Assembly: GCA_001643675.2 (NCBI GenBank)
Contig: LSRY02000042.1
Coordinates: 496,001-560,000, forward strand
Direction: 5' to 3'
DNA from: Monocercomonoides exilis PA203
Taxonomy: Eukaryota > Protista > Preaxostyla
Length of the DNA stretch: 64,000 nt
Position 1 is the first letter of the stretch. Each line of letters starts with the position of its first letter. The translations under genes and the position numbers were made by a program. Positions 1 through 13,976 of the stretch are shown here, piece after piece. Below the pieces are notes generated by a model that saw nothing but the letters and a program-made list of their open reading frames with translations, made no database searches and was not told the origin of the DNA.

Positions 1-189
1 AAGAGAATGAAAAAACGAGTCCGAATCGACTTATATGAATCAGACATTGTTTAATAACCTTTCTTTACCCTCAAATGTTTCTCCATTGCCTTCACCAGAT
101 CCATTCAGAGATGAGTCAAGCGCGCTTTCTACTTCCATATTTCCTTTAAATCCGCATCTTCTTCATCAGTAAGTCCAACAGCAGGTGTC

Positions 190-2233
<2,044 letters not shown>

Positions 2234-3059
2234 TTTTTTGTCTTTCATTGAAACTGTTAATTAACACAAAGAATAAAAAAATAATATATGATAAACAAAA
2301 AAGATAAAGGAAGAGAAAAAAGATGGCGTTGAAAAAAGGAGAATGTTGTTAAACAGCGTGGAGACGAATACAAAGAAAAAGAAGAAAAATAATCCAAAAA
2401 GCATTGTATCAAAAATCCACTCTTTTTGTGTCTAAATGACGAAATTGAATTTTTTGAAAAAGAAAAATTTCCGCTTCAAAGGCGATAAAATGGAGGATGG
2501 CAACGAACAGCAGGGAAAAAATTGTGAAAACTTCGGTAGAAATAAAAGCAATCTAACAGAAAGAGATACAATTTATTTCATCTTGTTGTTGATTATTTTG
2601 ATCCTGGTGAATTTAAACAACTTTGACGAGCAAAGTGGAACAATTCAGATGAAAAGAAGAAATACATTACAAAAAGTTCAACCACAAGAAATGATTCGAT
2701 GGTGAACGGGGGAAAGCACTTTGATGCCTCACAATAAAGAATTGATAGAGTACATGGAGAGAATTCACAAAAAGAGATCAGACTCAAATAGAAAGTCATA
2801 TTTCATATTCAGTTTTGGGCAGAAATGAAAAGGAAGAGGAAAAATGCTGAAAGGATATGAATTGAGAGAAAAACAATCGCAAATACATGCGTTGTGAAGT
2901 GATCAGATGAATTTCATTCGTCAAATGAAAATTTACTTTTGGACATCTTACAGTCAAGTTACATTAAGTGTTTTTCCAATAATCAAAACACTCCAACATC
3001 AAAGAGACAGCGAATTCAAAATATCAGCAGCTGTTTCTGCTGCATGTGCATGTGCGCAA

Positions 3060-3385
3060 TCATTCACAAGCTGCTGTTTCTGCCTGCACCGGGTTCTGCT
3101 CTTCAACCATCTTTGCCGCCTCGTCCTTTGTCAGTCCATTCATCTTTTTCATCTGGTTCTGCAGAATCTAAAAATCAGAACATGAACCAAAACAGCACAA
3201 AGCCAAATGCAAGCTTCCACAGCCGGCTTCCCCAAAAGAAACCTAGCTCCACATCTTGACAGATGTCACTTTTACGTTCGTCTCATCCACTTTGTTCAGC
3301 GTCTGGAACAGCAGCTCGTCCAAAAGGATGTCTGGGCTCTTCTACTCGTCCATCTTCCTGCTCCACCGCTCTGGCAATCTTCAGC
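3060..3385 (-). pseudogene. Decayed gene fragment, unknown product
   Basis: GC-richer block reading KMDE*KSPDILLDELLFQTLNKVDETNVKVTSVKMWS*, a probable intron, then ILQNQMKKMNGLTKDEAAKMVEEQNPVQAETAACE*; contains in-frame TAG stops. Confidence 0.3.
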
Positions 3386-4395
3386 CAGTTAAAAAATTTT
3401 TTGCCTTCAAAAGCCAAATGGGGCAAAATTTTTTTATTTATGAAAAAAACCATGTTATGTTCCAAACTTATTCTGCACACATATCACAATGCAAATAACA
3501 TTATTATGCAAAAAAAATATTTGCAACGAAATCCATAATAATAATTTATTTTCATTTTTGAAAGCAAATGTGTTTTTTTAAGAAATATCAGGAGAATATT
3601 CATGAAAGGTGTGATTTGAATATTGTTTGCATTATAATATTATTTGAACAGGAATAGAAGTTTCACTGAATAGTCATTGCTTTTTTCATTGATTTCATAT
3701 TAACAGGAACTATCTGCGTTTAATTATTGTAACAGAATGTGGAAATTTTGTTCATTCGAGCTGATAATTGGATGAAGACACGATAATATGAGGATTTATT
3801 GAATTCTCAAAATTTTCAAGAAATATTTAAAAGAAAAAGAATAATCACTATCTGTATGGAAATAGCTTCCTTTCTTTCTTTATCATTATCTTCTTTTTTT
3901 CCCTCTTCCTCTTTCTCCTGTTCTTTTCACTCCTTTCAAACACATCCGTCCCTCCCTTCTATCTTATGTGTTTGTTGTTCACTTTTGTTTATTATCATCG
4001 AGAAGTTTGCATTTTTCATCGTCTTCTCCGTCCTCGCCTCAATCTCAAGCATCGCTGTTCAGTCGGCGAGGTTCTGCGCAAAAGATTTCTGCTTTTTGAT
4101 GATCATTTTTATAGGAATTGGTGTTTCCTTGCATGGCTTGTGTGCTATTGTGTAAGCAAAACACTACAAGCTCAACAGAAAAATGGAAAGTGCTACTGAT
4201 GCACTCTTCGGCTGAGGGAAAGATGAAGTGCGCAAAAGTGTGGAAGGAGATTGGGCTGTTGAAGGATGAAATAAAAGATATCAAGAGTGGAAGAATTATG
4301 AAATTTAGGTTTAAACAAAAAGGTTTGTTATTTTTTGATTGATTTTGTTTTTTTTAACAATTATTTTTAAAAATGAAATAGCTTCACGACTTCAT

Positions 4396-7300
4396 TCAAT
4401 ACTCATTAATATTTACATTTATGTGTATCATCAACATCTTCTTATTCTTATTCTTTCTCTCCATCATCTTTAACATTTTCTTCATCAAAGTCAACACATC
4501 ACCCAATTCATTCCTCCACCCTCTCCAATTGCAACACTTAAGCCACCAGCAACGTCTGCTACTTCGCCTTTGCCTCTTCTTTTCGAGCACACTTTTGCTC
4601 CCCCGTTGCTTCTCTCCTCTCTCCCTGCCTTCCCTCGCTCTCAAAGATATCTGCCTTTGCAGAATGCACTTGCTCTTCTCTCACAAGTTCAGCACTTCCA
4701 TTAGATGTGTTTGTGGAGTATGTCTCGCTCCATTTAATAGATTAGAAGAACGTCAACATAATATTGCTTCTGATTTCACTTGGAAGTTTCATCGTGTTGA
4801 ATGGGCTTGGCTGTTTGCAGTGGGGAAGAAGGCGTTTTGGAAGAAGAAGATTGAGAAGAGAAAAGTTAGTATTGGTGGCCGACTCCGAGTGATCAAGCTG
4901 ATCAGAAGAAGGAGATCGTTGAAGAGTGAAAGGTTCCTTTAAAAAAAGATTGAATCACACAGAGCGCAGCGGAGAGCGAGAGAAAGAGAGAGAAAGAGGA
5001 TTGCGCTTGTGATAAACAGAGGCGACACACTTGCAAAAGAAGCACAGATGATGTAATGATAGAGAACCCGCTTCTTACCTGCATTCTGATGAAGATGGAG
5101 AAGAAGAACGGAAATCAAGATGATCAACCCGAAGAAAAAGTCTGGGGCTGTTGGAGAGAAAAATAAAGGGACAATTTCATTTGAGACAAAAAAGAAAAAC
5201 AAACTATTTTATACAGATAACTTCTCAGTGTAATCCATTTCATCTGCTTCTCTTCAGTTTGATTATCCTTCTTCTTCAATTCTCAGGCAGTCTGTTTTTT
5301 CTTCGGAACTTATATCGAATTATCCTTCTCCTTCTCCTTCGTCTTCACCCTCGTCTTCGTCTTTCCATTCTTCTTTACCATTTTTTGCTTCTTTTTCTTC
5401 TCCTCTATCACTGTTTTATCATTTTTCGTCTTTTTCTCATATTCTTGTATTTTGTCTGTTTCAACTCCTTCAACTCCTTCTTCATCTTCATTTTTTTCTT
5501 CATCTTCATCTTCACTTCCTCCTGCTCCACTTCATTCTTCTTATTCTTCTTCCTTCTCCTCTCCTTCTTCTCCACTTTGCATAACCGCTCCACCATCTGT
5601 TCGTTATCCTCATTCTTCAACATTTGTTCACTCTTCACTTCGACCTTCAATGTTTATTTTTTCTCCTTCTCTTATTTCTGATTCATCACACTCATCATCA
5701 TCGTCTTCTCCTCATCCTCCTCCTCCTTCTTCTTCTTCCATTCCAATAACTTCCTTTGCAGTTTTCCTTCTTCTTCTTCTTCTTTCCTCACATCTTGCCC
5801 TTTGTTTCGATGTTTGTGAGCCATCTCATCGAAAACGATAGGACAAATGATAGACAATAATTATCTGAGAAGCTTGTTGTGTGTGCTTCGTTATGAATGT
5901 TTCAACAAAGACAACGCTTATTTCATTTTAAGACTCGTTCTGAAGCGGAGACGATGGAGACTGAAGCACATACCTCTGGAAATGTTGCATCTGATGCTAG
6001 AAAGACAGATCTGAATAGGGTGTTCCACATAGCTCCTTCATTGCAAAAGGCACACCGAAATCTTGTGATGCTTGGAGCGATTGTGGGTGTTGCTGCACTT
6101 CCCTGTTGCTGAAGAGTGCAGAGTTAACATGCGCATAATGTGTGGAGACAAATTCATCAGTCCGTACAACGAGGATTTATGAGCAAGTGTTTCATCAACA
6201 TCTGCTTTATGAACTGCTGGATGATGAAATCAGCTTTGAAAGCCTGAGTGCTTTGCTGTGAAGAAGCAGGCAGCGAAGGAACAGTTAAAGTTGGTTAAAG
6301 AGAAATAGAAAGAAATAGAGAGAGAAAGAAAAAGGGAGAGGAAGGGAGAGAGAGGGGGGGAGGGGGAGAGAACAGGATAGAAGGCAAATTGAATGAGCAT
6401 TTTGAATTTTTCGTAACGAAAACACATTTCCATAATTATATTTGGTTGGCTCACCGTTATTAAGTTTGTGTTCATCAGATACTGTTAGGCAACACTTGTG
6501 CTCGCTGGTTCGGGATCATCCACAGATTTGTCAGTGGAAAGCGTTCAGGCGGAAAAAGTTGGAAAAGAAAAAGAATAAGTATTAGACGAAGAAGAAGCAA
6601 AAGAAGGAGAAGGAGGAGGAGGAGGAGAAGAAGAAGAAGCATCAACATTAGCTAATGTTGAGTAATTTGCAGTATTTGGACGAGCTATCATTGGAGAAAG
6701 AGTACTGATTGGAAAAAGAGTAGCTGAATTGCAAAGAAATTGCATTTCCTCTCCTTCTCTTTCTTCTCCTTCTTCTTTTTCATTCCCTTTCTCTTCTTTT
6801 TCTTCTTCTTCTTCTTTTCCCCTATTTTCTTCTTTCACATCTTCTTATTTCTTCTTCTTCATTTACTTCATCATCATCATCTTCTTCTTCTCTTCTTTTT
6901 TTTCTTTGTATTCATCGGCAGAACACAAACCATCTACCAAAGGCTTCAACACAATCATTTTATTCGCATTAGAAAAAGAAGAGAAACGAGAAGAATGAAG
7001 AGAATGGAATGGTTGATAAGATTGGCGGGAAGAAAGAGAAAAAGAAGAAGAAGAAGAAGAAGAAGAAGAAGAAGAAGAAGAAGAAGAAGAAGAAGAAGAA
7101 GAAGAAGAAGAAGAAGAAGAAGAAGAAGAAGAAGAAAAGAAGAAGAAGAAGAAGAAGAAGAAGAAGAAGAAAAGAAGAAGAAGAAGAAGAAGAAGAAGAA
7201 GAAAAGAAGAAGAAGAAGAAGAAGAAAAGAAGAAGAAGAAGAAGAAGAAGAAGAAGAAGAAAAGAAGAAGAGAAAGAATACGATGACGATGAAGATAAAG

Positions 7301-8670
7301 GCATCAACAAACATGGCAGCATCGCTTATTATGTCTCTTCGAGAATAAGTCCGAGTGCTTCGCAGCTCCTCCATTCCTTTGCAGCCATCCTTCCAAAGCT
7401 CCACCTTTCCAAAGCTTTCTTACACAACCCATTCAACCTTTTCTCTCTCGTTTTTCTTCCTCCCTCTGAAAGGCCTCACAACATTTCTGCGCATTGTCAT
7501 CATTATGCTTGGAATCGCCTTCCGCATTGTCTCCTTCTCCATTTCTCATTCAGCTTTCCCTCTTTATCAGCATCATTTCTTTCCCTTGTCTAGCGCTCAA
7601 AAAGTTTTCAACCTCTGCTTCCTCCATTTCCGCCTACCATTTCTCGAAAGATGCTATCAAAACAAACAAACAAACAAATCAACAAATAAAAATTAACAAA
7701 ATAAATAAAATATAAAACAAAAAATAACACATGCTTCTTATAGCAAATTTTCTTCGCAATTAATCTTTGTTATTCGCTCTTTTTTCAAAAATATCTTTCA
7801 TTCCATCATATTTTCAGCAAGTTTCATATTCGTTATTAATATAATTTGCCTTTAAGGTGCTTCTCCAAATATTCTCAAATCGCACCAAATCAAATATGCA
7901 TCGTTCATGACATAACTTTAGTTTTAAAAAATATAACTAAAAATTTTAAATTCATCAATTTTGCTTCCAAATTTTGTAAATCAATCAATCATTCATTTTC
8001 ATATGAAAGTTAATTCGAAGCTTTTAAAAAAGAAGTGTCATTAAATCATATTCAAATTATAATTATCTGCAAACAATAATTGGACTTGTTAGTTGTTGTG
8101 ATTCCACATAATTCAAATAAAAGAAATTACTCAAAAATTAAATGTAATAATGGAATTTATAAGAAATTCTCAAATTAACTTGATTTTCAAAAATTCAATC
8201 AAGATTCTTTTTCTATTTATTTATTAACATGTATTTTTGCCTTTTTCATTTCATACCACAATTACAAAAAAAAAAGATCTTTCTTCGAACAAAGTTACTA
8301 TATGAAAAATAATGACCCATATGGAAAAATCTTATATTGTGGGTGGAACGATTGTCTGAAAATGAAAATTTCTCCCCAAATATAAAAAGAGAAAGCGCAA
8401 ACTCCAGTGCTCCAGGTGGAACCGCCACGAACCCAGCTCCCTGCTTTTCGTTAATATCCGTCATAGAATTGAGCATCATTTTGTCGAGAACCCCACGCAT
8501 CCCAGAGCAGATGGGCTCAAGCAACATGAAGGCGAAATTCATTCAAAAAAGAAATAATCCAAGTGGCTGGAACACATCTTTGTAATCTGAACATCAGACA
8601 AGAAGAACTGATACTGCTCCATCATTTTCAGCACCTCAATGAATGTGACATACGAACGCTCCAACAAATT
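4396..8670 (-). pseudogene. Degenerate low-complexity (Glu/Lys- and Ser-rich) gene region, product unknown
   Basis: Coding-like composition on the minus strand in several short, frameshifted or stopped ORFs; no recognisable domain; boundaries uncertain. Confidence 0.25.
7042..7270. repeat. (AAG)n microsatellite
   Basis: About 230 bp trinucleotide run with a few AAAAG interruptions. Confidence 0.95.
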
Positions 8671-9008
8671 GAAAGAAAATTCAATCTCTCTTTAATTTTC
8701 ATTTTTTGGGATATTTTCTATCCTTCTCTATTTTTTTCTGTTTTTGTTGATGGCATGATTGATTGGGATAAATAAAATATGTGATTGCTTTTGTAATTTG
8801 GCAATTTCTATTCTTTTCCAAAATAAAGAAAATCAAAAAATCTGAAAATTTTGAAACTTTTCAATTAGATTTTTGCTTCAAATATAATAAATGCATGCGA
8901 TTGACAAAAAAAAAATACAGAAATACAATCCAAAATATAGATACCATAACTAATTTATTTCTGAGAAAAGTGAAGAAGAAAGATTGAGTTTTAGAGAGCA
9001 GCGCGGGA

Positions 9009-9812
9009 ATGATGTCAACTGGGCCTGTTTCATTAAAGGTTATTGCACTTGGCGAATATGGAGTCGGGAAAACATCTTTGTTTTATCAATTTATTCATGA
9101 TAAATTTGATAATAGATCCTTGACAATCCATGATGATGCAGTGAAAAAGGTTTGCCTTATTTGTTTGAAATTTGCTTCAAATGCATAGGATGAATGGATT
9201 TTCATTCATTGATTTGTCGAAATTTTGATTGATGTTTGCAATGTGCAGGAAGTCGTTGTTGATGGAAGGAATGTGATCCTCAAAATATATGATACATGTT
9301 TGCTTATTCTTTTATCATGAATTCAAGGCAAATGATTTATTCTTTTTTTCAAAATGTCTGTGCGAAATTTTATTATTTTGAACTCTGTAGCCCAAGCGGA
9401 ACTATTTAATTCTCTTGGATTTTATTTTTACCGGAAGGTGGATGTGTGCATCCTTGTTTACGACGTGACTGCACCAAAATCGTTTGACAAATTAGAACAT
9501 TGGAGAGACAGATTTCTGCGCCGAAGTCAGACTCCAGTTCCGAAGCATTTTCCATTTTTTGTTATCGGTAACAAGACTGATCTCGAAGAATCGAGAGCCG
9601 TGTCCTCAAGGAAAGCTGAGGAGTGGTGCGAATCAAAGGGCAACACGACGCATTTCGAAATTTCAGCGAAAGACAACGTGATCGTCAAACAAGTATTTCT
9701 TGATATTATTCGAACGGTTTTAAGAAGAAAAGCCATTGAAGATGATGACGGACAACAGGTTGTGAAAATTCAAGCTGATGCCAAACCCAACAGAATTATG
9801 TGTTGGAGTTGA
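9009..9812 (+). CDS. Rab-family small GTPase, divergent Rab7-like (exons 9009-9149, 9249-9297, 9391-9812)
   Basis: LKVIALGEYGVGKTS (G1), IYDTSQAELFNSLGFYFYRKVDVCILVYDVT (resembles Rab7 [23 protein letters not shown]), FPFFVIGNKTD (G4), FEISAKD (G5), C-terminal CWS; both introns are GT-AG and keep the frame. Confidence 0.9.
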
Positions 9813-10132
9813 AGCTTATCGTTTATGTTTCTCTGCAGCAAAGAATTTGCTTTTGCGCAATCCAATAATTCATCTTTTTTGCCTTCAGTTTTCTGTTCAT
9901 GGTTTTATTTACGAGTGCTTTTTTTTTCTGTTTTGTGTGTTTTATTTTTATTCGAATTTGTTTTATTTTTGCCCTATTGTTTTTTTATTTTTAACGTTAA
10001 GTTGATAATTTTGAACAAATGAGAGAATTGAGCAAAATACTGGTTGATCTGGCAAGCAACATTGCGGGAATTAATTTCAATAATAATTGAATATTTATGT
10101 AGCCAAACTCTAATTTTCAAATTGCTTCGTTT

Positions 10133-10133
<1 letters not shown>

Positions 10134-10186
<53 letters not shown>
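10134..10186. repeat. poly(A) tract
   Basis: About 53 consecutive A between two convergent genes. Confidence 0.9.
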
Positions 10187-10195
<9 letters not shown>

Positions 10196-10472
10196 AATAT
10201 TTTTAAGAATGAGTGTTTTTATTTTATAAAATTCTGTTAATTCTGTATTTTTCAAATATGATTTTTGCAGGTGAAGCTCAATAAAATTATCTGAAACAAA
10301 AATTAAGTGAAATGAATCTGGTCGTTTCAATGATTAAAACATAAAGAAATTGGTTAAAAATTTTTCCAAATTCAAAAGATAATACAAATGGGTAAAAAAC
10401 AATCAAGGTCATGAATAAAACCAGTCAATGAATTTAGTTAAATTCAATATTTGGCTTTCGAATTGCTAAATA

Positions 10473-11069
10473 TCAACAAGGCGAAATGTAAATCAATTTT
10501 TCCAAGGCTTTCAATAATTTTACAGGATTTTTATACCAACGACCTCCATCTAAAAGTATTTCGCATAATCGTTGAAGTGTTATTGGTGGTCTTGTATTTT
10601 GATTCAAAAATTACAAAATGAATTTTTTGGAAATGAAAAATTTGTTTCATACTCTTGAAACGTGAATAACTGGGCTAATAATTCCGCTTTTTTTTCGTCA
10701 TCCTTTTCAATGTCAGTCGACCCGGATAATTCATTTATTTTTTGTTGGCATTCTTCTATTGACTAAAGAAAAAAATTTCAAATCATTTAAATTTTCATTG
10801 TAGCATACTTGTTTCAAATAAACAGCAAGTACCGCTCTTAATAAAGTCCAATCAACTTGTGTTTTTCCGCATCGTGCAACTGAATTAACCAGTTCTACAA
10901 TTTCTGGCGGTATTTTTACTAAATCTGTATCAATCCAATCTAGATGAAAAGAAATATCAATAAGAAGAATAAGCAACATTTTCCAACAATATTGTACACT
11001 CGAAAATAAATATACACTCACGATACCTCGAATGGATTGCTCAATTTTTAATATATTATCTTCAGACAT
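10473..11069 (-). CDS. PPP4R2: Protein phosphatase 4 regulatory subunit 2-like (PPP4R2/Psy4), 4 exons, ~133 aa
   Basis: Spliced product MSEDNILKIEQSIR|DWID...VNSVARCGKTQVDWTLLRAVL...|SIEECQ...LFTFQE|PPITLQRLCEILLDGGRWYKNPVKLLKALEKLIYI matches the PPP4R2 signature PFTIQRLCELL.DP.R.Y....KFLR..EK and the N-terminal A.TG.T...W motif. Confidence 0.8.
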
Positions 11070-11238
11070 TCTTTTAAAAATGGGAACCAATTTTTCTTTT
11101 ATTCATGGAATTTTTGCAGAAGAAAATTGAATAATACAAGCACTACATTTTCAGCTGGTATTTGATCGATTTTTTGTTGTGAGAGATGGGATGTGGATGA
11201 TCTAAATTGGATTATTCTTCGTTTATTTGGGGAAGAGA
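11070..11238. promoter_or_regulatory. Probable compact bidirectional promoter
   Basis: Only ~170 bp between the divergent ATGs at 11069 (-) and 11239 (+). Confidence 0.45.
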
Positions 11239-12656
11239 ATGCCTACAAAATCCAAATCAATTCTTGGACCACTTCCAAAAGCATCCATTCAACAACCTTC
11301 TCCAGGATTGTTACCTGATCCTGTTACTCCTCCAAGACGCGACAATCAAATTTCAGCAGCTTTTTTACCGACTCCACCTTCACCTTCCGTAACATATACA
11401 ACGGCATTGTCTTCTGCAGCGCCTTATGAAAGAGGTACACCTGCTCAATATACAAGAAAAACATTTAGAGATAAAAATTCCGAACATTCGACTTTTGCTT
11501 TACCTCAGAAAAAATCAAATGAAAAGCCAGAAAAGGGGGAACAACAAAAAAAGCGCGAAATATCGATTTCTCAACCAACAGACATGAAAAAAAGTGGTCC
11601 ATTAAATACAGGAGAAAACCCAACTTCTTTCATTTCTTTTGGAAGAACTCTTCCATCTCACGACAGTGTACTTATTGAAAAGAAATTGCCTCTTATGATC
11701 AGCAAACTAAAATCAAAGTTTCCAAATGCTGCAATGGAGTCAGAAGTTGATTTTTCAGAAAAGAATCGCATTGTTCAACAAGTTCGTGATGTGAAACAAT
11801 CATTTTTTCCTTATAAATCATCAGATCATAGTCAATCTCAAACTCAACCTTCAAAGAAAAAAAGGAGAAAGAAAGCTAACGAGAAAGAGTTGACAGAAAC
11901 ATTACAAGGTACTTCATCAGAGACTTCGCATCAGTTGAAGGAACTTTGTTTTTCACTTAAACATCTTATGATGGCTTCAGAAAAATCATCAGAAAAAGGA
12001 ACATCACCCCAAACTCAGCAACACACCGATCCACTAACATCTTCAGGACCAACACAAATAGGAAGAGGAAAAGGAAGAGGGGGAAGAGGGGGAAGAGGGG
12101 GAAGAGGAGGAGGAGCAACCGCTACAGCAACAGCATCAGTTTCAACATCAGCCATCATTGGAGAAATTTCTACTCCAAATCAAAGCCGCTCTCTTGAGCC
12201 CACCAAGAACTCATCTCCCAGCACCAGTCCTGCAGCCTTTAGAGTCGAATCAAAGCCACTTCTGCCCATCCCATCGCCACGCATTCAGCCCAGCCAGCCA
12301 TCTTCTGCTGGAGTTGGAGTTAGCATTGGAGTTGGACTTGGCGTTGGAATTGGTGTTGGAATTGGAGCTACGAATGTTTCAACACCTGGATCTATATCAA
12401 CAACAATAACAGGTTCTGTGCCTGGAACTATTTCTGGAACAGGAACAGGAACAGGAACATTTACAGAAACAGAATCAACAAGTGGTACTAACCTTCCCAT
12501 TCCGTATGGAACACCCACAAGCACAGCCAGTGAAGCAACTCAGGCCATTTCCTCTCATCCGCTTCTGTCTTCTGCTCCAGGGGCAGCTGTGCTGATGGCA
12601 CCAGTTTCGACAGAGTCGCTGCTGCCAATGCCTGAATGTCCTCAGCAGCTGTTTCT

Positions 12657-12701
<45 letters not shown>

Positions 12702-13944
12702 TTCTTCTTCTTCTTCTTCTTCTCTTGACGAATCTTCTTCCTCTTCCTCTTTCACAGCCAGTCCCCACAGACGAGGAGAGAGTGGCCTTCCAACTAGTTC
12801 AAGCGCAGAATCAACTGCACAACAACAGCAAATGCAAACAAAACAACAAACACAACAACAACAACAGAAACAACAGAAGCAACAGAAGCAGAAGCAGAAG
12901 AAGACAGCATTTCCCTCACAGACAGAACAGATGGCTCAAAATACACAGCCACTTTTGCAGCAGCCTGTGACAATGCAGATGATGGGACAAGCAATGGGAC
13001 AAACAATGGAGAAAGCGAAGGGGCAAATGATTGGGCAGAATAATAGAGAGAGTAAAAGAGAGGATGTTAGACAGGGAGTGAGTCAACAGCAAGGGAAGCA
13101 GAAGCAACAGAAGCAGACGAAACAACAACAACAACAACAACCAGAAAAGCAGCAGCAGCAGATGAAGCAGAAGGAAGAAGGAAAAGAGAAAGCGAAAGAG
13201 AAGAGGAAGAAGCGAAAGCGCAAGGAAAGAGAAGGAGACAAAGAAAACAGCAAAGCAGAAGATGGATCAGTTGCAATAGATTTTGATAAGACAAGAATAG
13301 TTTCAGATTCATTTGCTAGTGCAGATGGGAGCAATGAGAGAAGAAGAGAAGGAGAAAGTTGTGAAGGAAAGATGAAATTATGGAAAGAAGAAAAAGAAAA
13401 AGAAAAAGAAGAAAAAGAAGAAGAACAAAAAAAGCAACAGCAACAGCAACAGATGCGAATGAAGGAGAAGAAAAATGATTGGGAGAAAGAAAAAGGAAAG
13501 GAAAAAGGAAAAGAGAAGGAAAAGGAAAAGGAAAAAGAGAAAGAGAAAGAGAAGCAGAAAAGCAAGACATTTGGTTTTGTGTTCAACGATGAGGAAGAAG
13601 GAGAAGAAGACGAAAAAACTCAAAAGACACAACAAAACTTGAAGAATAAAACGAAAATGACTCAAAAAAAGCAGCAAAATTCAACTGGACAACACAAAAC
13701 AATGCAAAATACACAAAAAACAGCAGAAACAACGGAAATTTCATCATCATCATCATTAACATTAACTTCTTCTTCTTCCTCTCCTTCTCCTTCATCATCA
13801 TCATCATCATCTTCTTCTTCTTCTTCAAATGGAGCAAAGAAACCTTTTATAGATCGTTATATTCCCTCTAAACTGACACAGAATGTGCAAAAGGCAGACA
13901 ATAAACAACAAAAACAACAACAAAAAATGAAGATCAATCAAACA

Positions 13945-13976
<32 letters not shown>

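Noticed and set aside
6740-7593. Poly-Arg/Lys/Glu/Leu/Phe ORFs in six frames
   Set aside because: Stop-free (AAG)n microsatellite artefacts. The same applies to the many shadow ORFs over 12-17 kb, 23-28 kb and 54.5-55.3 kb.
10134-10186. Long poly(A)/poly(T) tracts (also 22917 and 61580) as possible retroposon tails
   Set aside because: No flanking TSD, no adjacent RT or SINE-like body, and no shared upstream sequence among the tracts.
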